Shown: in pieces, positions 38,811 through 64,000 of the stretch
Layout: each line of letters opens with the position of its first letter
Position numbering within the stretch: position 1 is the first letter of the stretch
DNA from: Paraspadella gotoi
Lineage: Eukaryota > Animalia > Chaetognatha
Reading direction: 5' to 3'
DNA length: 64,000 nt
NCBI GenBank assembly: GCA_051294375.1
Contig: CM119269.1
Span: 17,842,265-17,906,264 of the forward strand
Position numbers and translations under genes: made by a program
The notes under the pieces: generated by a model
The model's input: the letters and a program-made list of their open reading frames with translations, nothing else
Databases searched by the model: none
What the model was told of the DNA's origin: nothing

Positions 38811-38952
38811 ATGAAATAGATGATTGAAGAAAAGAGTGGGCGGAACAGAGAAATCAAAATGTAAAAGAACCTAAGATTTTATCCCCTCGAAATTCGACTC
38901 TTACTCTCTTGACGAGGTACTTCCGCCGAGGGGGGCGCGGCGACAATGCCAT
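12262..38952 (-). CDS. Gene A: probably secreted mosaic protein, about 1000 aa (signal-like N-terminus, CBM14, T/P linker, discoidin-like, 13 EGF, S/T/P linker, discoidin-like)
   Basis: Phase-compatible exons: 38952-38905, 38239-38169, 36496-36353, 33141-32966, (gap)24992-24790, 24450-24317, 22433-22356, 21758-21583, 20990-19761, 19659-19555, 19478-19155, 13664-13501, 12713-12585, and a putative last exon 12282-12262 (CGCRTN*). The exon-5 acceptor is lost in a gap. The span is inflated by duplicated sequence at 25-35 kb. Confidence 0.75.
12585..19478 (-). CDS. Gene A exons encoding an S/T/P linker and the second discoidin-like domain
   Basis: 19478-19155, 13664-13501 and 12713-12585 splice in frame: ...GASSEINLHPAKDAVRPLTTVC...YWMSKDPPPQWIAFDFG|AAPRSICGLEAGAR...DSPTIVQIQYADS...|...PHRYWRLSVLDSVPRNFGKKFVVVRDLRMFE. 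Confidence 0.75.
14029..14668. mobile_element. Fold-back MITE-like element
   Basis: Terminal CAGAAGGCTT / AAGCCTTCTG plus internal inverted segments (GAACTATCGAGGCGAATTT vs AAATTCGCCTCAATAGTTC; CCCCTGGGG vs CCCCAGGGG). Confidence 0.55.
15670..16453 (+). mobile_element. Second Helentron/DINE-like family B (reverse-oriented pieces at 13180-13345 and 15155-15470)
   Basis: (GGAC)n tract and terminal hairpin GGATCTGCTgataAGCAGATCC followed by GACTAAAAA. Shared internal blocks are visible between copies. Confidence 0.55.
19761..20990 (-). CDS. Gene A exon encoding 12 tandem 34-aa EGF-like repeats
   Basis: Open 1230-nt phase-1/phase-1 exon (gtgttag| ... G|gttaga) with the pattern C-x4-C-x5-C-x4-C-x-C-x8-C twelve times. 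A 13th EGF is in exon 19659-19555. Confidence 0.92.
21244..21315 (-). mobile_element. Degenerate tRNA-derived SINE head (mirror ~28970-29041)
   Basis: 72 nt with a GCAGCCA/TGGTTGC acceptor-like stem and a B-box-like GGGTTCTAGCCC. The anticodon arm does not pair, so it is not a functional tRNA. Confidence 0.35.
21583..24992 (-). CDS. Gene A exons encoding the first discoidin/F5-8C-like (galactose-binding-like) domain
   Basis: Four exons give ...VSVRASSFIFDESKPDKALRPLTTVC...NLWHSQNPPPQWLEIDFG...ICSFSFGSR...DAPMDYELQFADS...WTTL...PHRYWRLLVTRVEGRPDNSFFVVIRDLQMF. The ASS, W-x-S, QWLxxDF, RYWRL and IRDL motifs are typical of F5/8C-like beta-sandwiches. Confidence 0.7.
23568..24204. mobile_element. 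Tc1/mariner-type MITE (related copy 36657-37888; duplicated copies at ~26155-26780 and ~33548-34183)
   Basis: Imperfect TIRs TACAGTAGAGTGGAG / CTCCACCCTAGTATA with TA flanks. The AT-rich interior is shared with 36657-37888. Confidence 0.6.
25367..31127 (+). pseudogene. Frameshifted inverted copy of gene A exons (discoidin-like and EGF); probably an assembly artefact
   Basis: The EGF exon copy at ~29297-30525 is broken into many frames by single-base indels, whereas the 19761-20990 copy is intact. Confidence 0.6.
32966..36496 (-). CDS. Gene A exons encoding a peritrophin-A/CBM14 chitin-binding domain and a Thr-rich linker
   Basis: 36496-36353 + 33141-32966 give FVCPGPGLFPHPSCDKFYSCDHGIAHEMSCPPTLFFNPQVSVCDFPPNVNC (six-Cys CBM14 spacing) followed by poly-Thr. 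A degraded duplicate of the second exon lies at ~35265-35430. Confidence 0.85.
33456..35705. repeat. Direct re-copy of ~23476-24992 followed by a copy of ~32632-33430
   Basis: The sequence after the 25-N gap at 33431-33455 repeats 23476 onward with indels, and 34955-35700 repeats 32632-33430. Confidence 0.9.
37160..37814 (-). mobile_element. Possible solo LTR inserted in the 36657-37888 MITE
   Basis: On - it starts TGTAACA, followed by three CCAAT-type boxes, TATATAAAAG and AATAAA in LTR order. The far end and target-site duplication are not resolved. Confidence 0.35.
38250..38815. repeat. (GA)n/(GAAA)n microsatellite; similar (TTTC)n tracts at 14715-14895 and 41650-41850
   Basis: Directly visible. 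Confidence 0.95.
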
Positions 38953-39849
38953 TTTTAGTCAAAATGATGTCAATTTCGATGATGAAAGAGCAGTGATATG
39001 ACGTCAGTTTTGACGATTCTTCACTTTGGACTCAAAATCATTTTTTCATCATAATTTTAGATTCGATCGATTCGCTTTGATTCCGATGGAAAAAATCGGA
39101 AAATTGGATGCGCGGCGATCGAACCGGAAAAGAAAGGTTTTTGCTGTCAAATAAACGATGCTCCTTTCGCCGACGATAAAGTCATTACATTAAAAGTTCC
39201 CTTGATGTCCGTTTAGTCGGTGAGAAAACGCAAAACCCTCAGCGATTCTCTTCCGTTCGAGTGGAACCCAAAAAATTCCCAGTTTTTCATCCGGGAAGTA
39301 GAATCGTGGGTAGTCACTTTGAGCGGTGGAACCAACTATGTTTCGGACTCGATGACTTCCGGTTTCGCAGCTGCGGTTCGCAAAACAAGAAAACAGAAGA
39401 AAAAAAGTTTTTTTTGTTTTTTTTAATGTTTATTCTTTCGTGAAGTTTAGTTTCAGCGAGCTCGAGCGAGCAATGTCGTCATTAGCGTCAGTCGCGAACA
39501 CATTTTCGCTATTTTATCGGATATAAAAGAGATTTTTCGTCGCGTGAGGAAATCAATGAATCTATATTTCGTCATTAAATCGACCAGGAATTAAACCTCG
39601 AACTAGTTTCTTATTTTTAAAGAATTGTAGATGGTTTAGGGAGATCATGTTTTTATTATTAAAAATAATGTTACGAAAAAATATTTATTTAATTTTTTAA
39701 ACAAAAAAAGCATAGTTAAAAGATCACTATTAGCAGATGATCCATCTGCCGCCTTCATGGACTCAACCTTTTTTCGCTTATGAAATTAGTACAACTAATA
39801 TTGATTGAAAGCTTGCAGGGACCTGCTATGTCATTATCTTGTAAGAGTG

Positions 39850-39960
39850 ATGGAGGCCTTAAACCACCAAAGCCTGTCCAAAGTCAGGGGCAAGATAGCT
39901 TATTTATTAAATGAATGGATAATATATATATTGGTTGTACCAATTTCATATATATATAAT
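39850..39960. repeat. Short dispersed repeat (also 53430-53540 and reverse ~7375-7455)
   Basis: Shared GGAGGCyTTAAAC...AAGATAG.TTATTTATTAAATGAATGGATAA. Confidence 0.6.
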
Positions 39961-40516
39961 TATATATATGATATATATGTATAACATTTTATAGTAATTT
40001 CTTTTCTTTGCACTCTATATATTCTCCTTATCCTTCCATAATTTTCCAACCCTCGATCTTTTACCATTTCACCGTCAACCATTCAAGTTCCCCGCCCGCA
40101 GTGGAAACCCATGTTTTACCCTCGGAGATCGGAGTTTTACGGTCGGATCCCATTTTAGGGACACGGTTTTTATCTTAATTTCCTTTTTTATATTTATGAT
40201 ACTTATTTTTGACGATACGGTGCAGGCGAAGCGATACGCTTTGTTAAATATTAAAAAGCCTTTCATTCGTTTTGGGGTGGTGTATTAAAAATAAATGTAG
40301 CGATTTGAAGATTAATCTTTTTAGTTGGAAAAAAGAAACGTATTTCGCGCTGAGTACGACACTCATAATCCGTGTAAAATGACTCTTAAATAACTTGAAA
40401 AAAAAATATTTGTCTTATAGTCAAACTGTTGTATAGTTGTATAGTTTAGGTCGTCGCAAAAGATAATACTTTACAAGTCATTAACAAAAACAGGTAATTG
40501 TAAAATTATGAGAGAG

Positions 40517-40569
<53 letters not shown>

Positions 40570-40818
40570 AGAGAGAGAGAAGAGATGAGCGAGAGAGCGA
40601 GAGCCGTAAAAGAAAATTGAACCGCGTCGCCGAGAAAAAGGGTGAAAATAAAGAAGGGGGGCGAGCGGGGTTGGGTTATGTCGGAGGGGGAGGGTCGAGA
40701 TACGTCAAGGCGTCGACGTTAGTTTCTGGTCACAACAATTTCTTATGATAGACATCAGATATTACATTTCTTACAAAAAACTGTTACATATTCCTGTCGC
40801 TAAAAATGAATTTCTCTC

Positions 40819-40865
<47 letters not shown>

Positions 40866-41302
40866 TTCCCCGATATTTTTTAACCCAGCCTTTCTCTTCA
40901 TTCATCCCTCTAATCCCACCCGGTACGAATAATCGAATCCACGAAAAGAGGCACAAAAGAGAGAATCCAAAGAAACTCACCTTATTTGTTGTCGTCATGA
41001 TTTAGGTGAAAGGCGTAACAGGCGTAACAGGCGAGAGTCAATATAACGGTTACGAGGTTGCGACAATGGTAAAAGTCGTCCCAAATAGATGGCGCCATTA
41101 GACACTCGTATTCCTTTGTCATGGAAAAAAGAGGAATAATCTTCGGAGGGAGGAACTAATTTAGTCTCTCTCTCACTCACCATTTATAAAAACTCAAGAA
41201 AACTGTTAATACTTACAAATGATAAGATAAGGTAGCTTTTTAAGGCAGTTTAAAGTACTAGCCTAAAGCTCGCACTTTCGTTTTTCAATATCAATTTCAA
41301 TA

Positions 41303-41394
<92 letters not shown>

Positions 41395-41693
41395 CTCTGT
41401 TTCTCCCTCTGTCTCGCTCATTTTTATCTTGGAATTAATTTACGATTGATGGTTTTACAAGAGTTTTGTTTGTACATATATATTTCTTCATTCCTGTGCA
41501 AAAGACAAAGAAGTCGTAACGATTTTTTAAAATTGTTTTCTTTTTTTTTCGTTTGTTTTAATTTTTCTTTTATTTTGTATTTTATTTGTTTGTTCGTCTC
41601 CTTCGAAATACGGAAATACTTATATCTACTATAAATCTATGCGGGTGTTTTTTTCTTTCTTTCTTTCTTTCTTTCTTTCTTTCATTCTTTCTC

Positions 41694-41765
<72 letters not shown>

Positions 41766-41769
41766 TCCC

Positions 41770-41829
<60 letters not shown>

Positions 41830-42790
41830 TTCCTCTTTCTTTCTTTCTTCTCTTATCATATTCCCTGGCAACTAAACAACTAGAAACGCTCTCCTCGACA
41901 AAGGAGAAGAGGTCAAAGGTCACGTTTCTCTTTTCTCTGCCTCAACAACAAAAACGGAAAGAAGAGGCTCACATTTCATACGATTTCATGAAGCCAAAAA
42001 AAAAAGGAAGGAAATTCCGAATCTCTTTTATTTCCTCTTTCTTTCACGTTAAAAACTTTTTTCCGTTTGGCCTCGACTCGAGTTTTGGCGTCTCTTCTCT
42101 TCCGTCGCCACACCAAGTGTATTCACCACGAATATGTGACGAATAAATCTTCCATGAGAATCACCATCTGCCATCTGTCGTCTGCCGTTTTCTGTTATTT
42201 TTGGAGATGACATTTTTTTTTTAAGTTGAATTTTTGTTGTTGTTCGAGGGAGATGTTCTCGTAATAGTAGTTTTGTTCGTCGTCGTCGTCGTCATCGTCG
42301 CTAATGTTATCCCAAAACGTTGTTGTCATTATTATTAACTATTTTAATTACTACAAATTACCAAATAGCACTTTCTGGTAAAGGATATTTCGACTGAAAC
42401 GTGGAAAGCTTAAAAAAAAACCCTTAAAATTATACAAGATTTGTAATTTGATCAAACATTAGAAAGAAAACGTATCAGGTGAACCCGGGCCTAATTCTTG
42501 GCATTTATGAAAAAGGAAGAAAACTTTTTTGGCATTTCAATTTGAAATAAGAAGGCGAATTTCAATTTACTTTGCCACTGTTTATATATTCGTTCGAGAG
42601 TTATTACGTTGAAAGAGGATAACTGGGAGCAAGCTCAAAGATGAGAGAGAGAGAAAGAGGGAGCGGCCGAGAGAAAGAGGAGGGAGAGAGAGGAGAGAGA
42701 GAAGGAGGGAGGAAAAAGAGGAGAGGATAAAGAGGAAACGAAAAGAGGATAGAGAGGGAAATGGCGAGAGAAAGAGGAGGAAGAGAGAGA

Positions 42791-42861
<71 letters not shown>

Positions 42862-43043
42862 AGAGAAAGAGAGAGAGAGAGGGCAGGAAGCAAAATCGGG
42901 TAGGATTTGCTTTCATCCTTCACTCGACTTTCCATTATCATCTCTGAGCTGAGTAAAGATCTCGAGAGTGAGAACTTTCCCTGGAAACTTAAGCTCTCAA
43001 TAAGGATTCGCTCTGTGAGATGCGCGGTAAGAGAGAGTGTTTG

Positions 43044-43131
<88 letters not shown>

Positions 43132-43916
43132 ACATACCCGACCCCCCAAGAAAAAAAAACCAATCCAAATAATCGTTGAACAATCCTTTTCTTGTAACCG
43201 TAGTTCTGTTCTCATCTTATTGGTATCGCACTTCATTCCTCTACTTAATTCTCACTTCCGTCGATCGATTCGTTTGTTCTTTTGTTCGAGAAGGGAATCA
43301 GCGCCATCTTGTTCAATCGCGACGAACGCAGACACTGCATCCGCCGAATTGGGAACGTGCAAACAGAAGAGCATTCCGGAGCCAAAAAAGAAAAAAAAAG
43401 AAAACTTTTTTTTTTATCGAATTCAAAAAGGTCATTTCATTTCTTACCTTTTTTTTCCCACTTTTCCGCGAAGAGAGAAAAAAATCTTCGCTTTCGCACC
43501 GAGCGAAAGCCTTACCCAACTTACTCGCGCCAGTTCGTCCTTGATCTAACTCACTTGTACTTTTTATTTTGTTTAATCTTTAAAATTGAAATATACGGTT
43601 TTAAGTTTGTTAATTTTTATATCAATTAATATACTGATTTTTAAAATTAAAAAAAAAGAGAAAAAAAGGGGTACATCCGTTTGGGAATTTTCAACAATTG
43701 TCTGGGCTTATAATTAAAGTACAGTTGAATTATATCACCGGGTAAGGACTACCTCACCCATCCGACGCCTCATTCGCGATTCATCACCGCTTAGCAAATG
43801 ATCTATCGAGACCTCAACCTGAATCTCTCGACCCGGGCGTTCTTTTACAATTCTTAAAATTTACACATCTACCTTTTTTTTTACGGAAATCAAGAAAACT
43901 CGCCTCTCTCTCTCTC

Positions 43917-43997
<81 letters not shown>

Positions 43998-44086
43998 CAT
44001 TATGGAGCACATCCATCCTCCGATGTTGACGATAGTTTTCATCGCGCGTTCTTTTTTGGAGGGAAAAACTTTTTCAGGTTTGATTA

Positions 44087-44173
<87 letters not shown>

Positions 44174-44237
44174 TAACGAGATAACGTTGGACAGTGAGTG
44201 AGAGAGTGAACAAATTTTACCCAAAATTTTCCTCCAG

Positions 44238-64000
<19,763 letters not shown>

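Overview
AT-rich, microsatellite-dense animal (probably invertebrate) draft-genome sequence with GC-richer exons, GT-AG introns and seven N gaps. All gene models were spliced by hand with phase checks. (1) The 5' part of CCDC40 is on the - strand (ATG 10930, running off the left edge). (2) A three-exon, 436-aa low-complexity gene of unknown family lies antisense inside a CCDC40 intron. (3) Two head-to-head paralogous mosaic genes combine a chitin-binding CBM14 domain, a Thr/Pro linker, a discoidin/F5-8C-like domain and EGF arrays: gene A on - (38952 to 12262) and gene B on + (about 44238 to beyond 64000). (4) A complete seven-exon SLC36-like amino-acid transporter (46026-49992) appears to be nested on the same strand in an intron of gene B. 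Two large inverted duplications (arms of about 7.3 kb and 2.8 kb) and a direct re-copy flank N gaps and carry frameshifted exon copies; they are most likely assembly or amplification artefacts, or haplotigs. Several non-autonomous transposon families are present (Helentron/DINE-like, MITEs, a possible solo LTR, tRNA-like SINE heads). No database search was possible, so family names come from recognised motifs.
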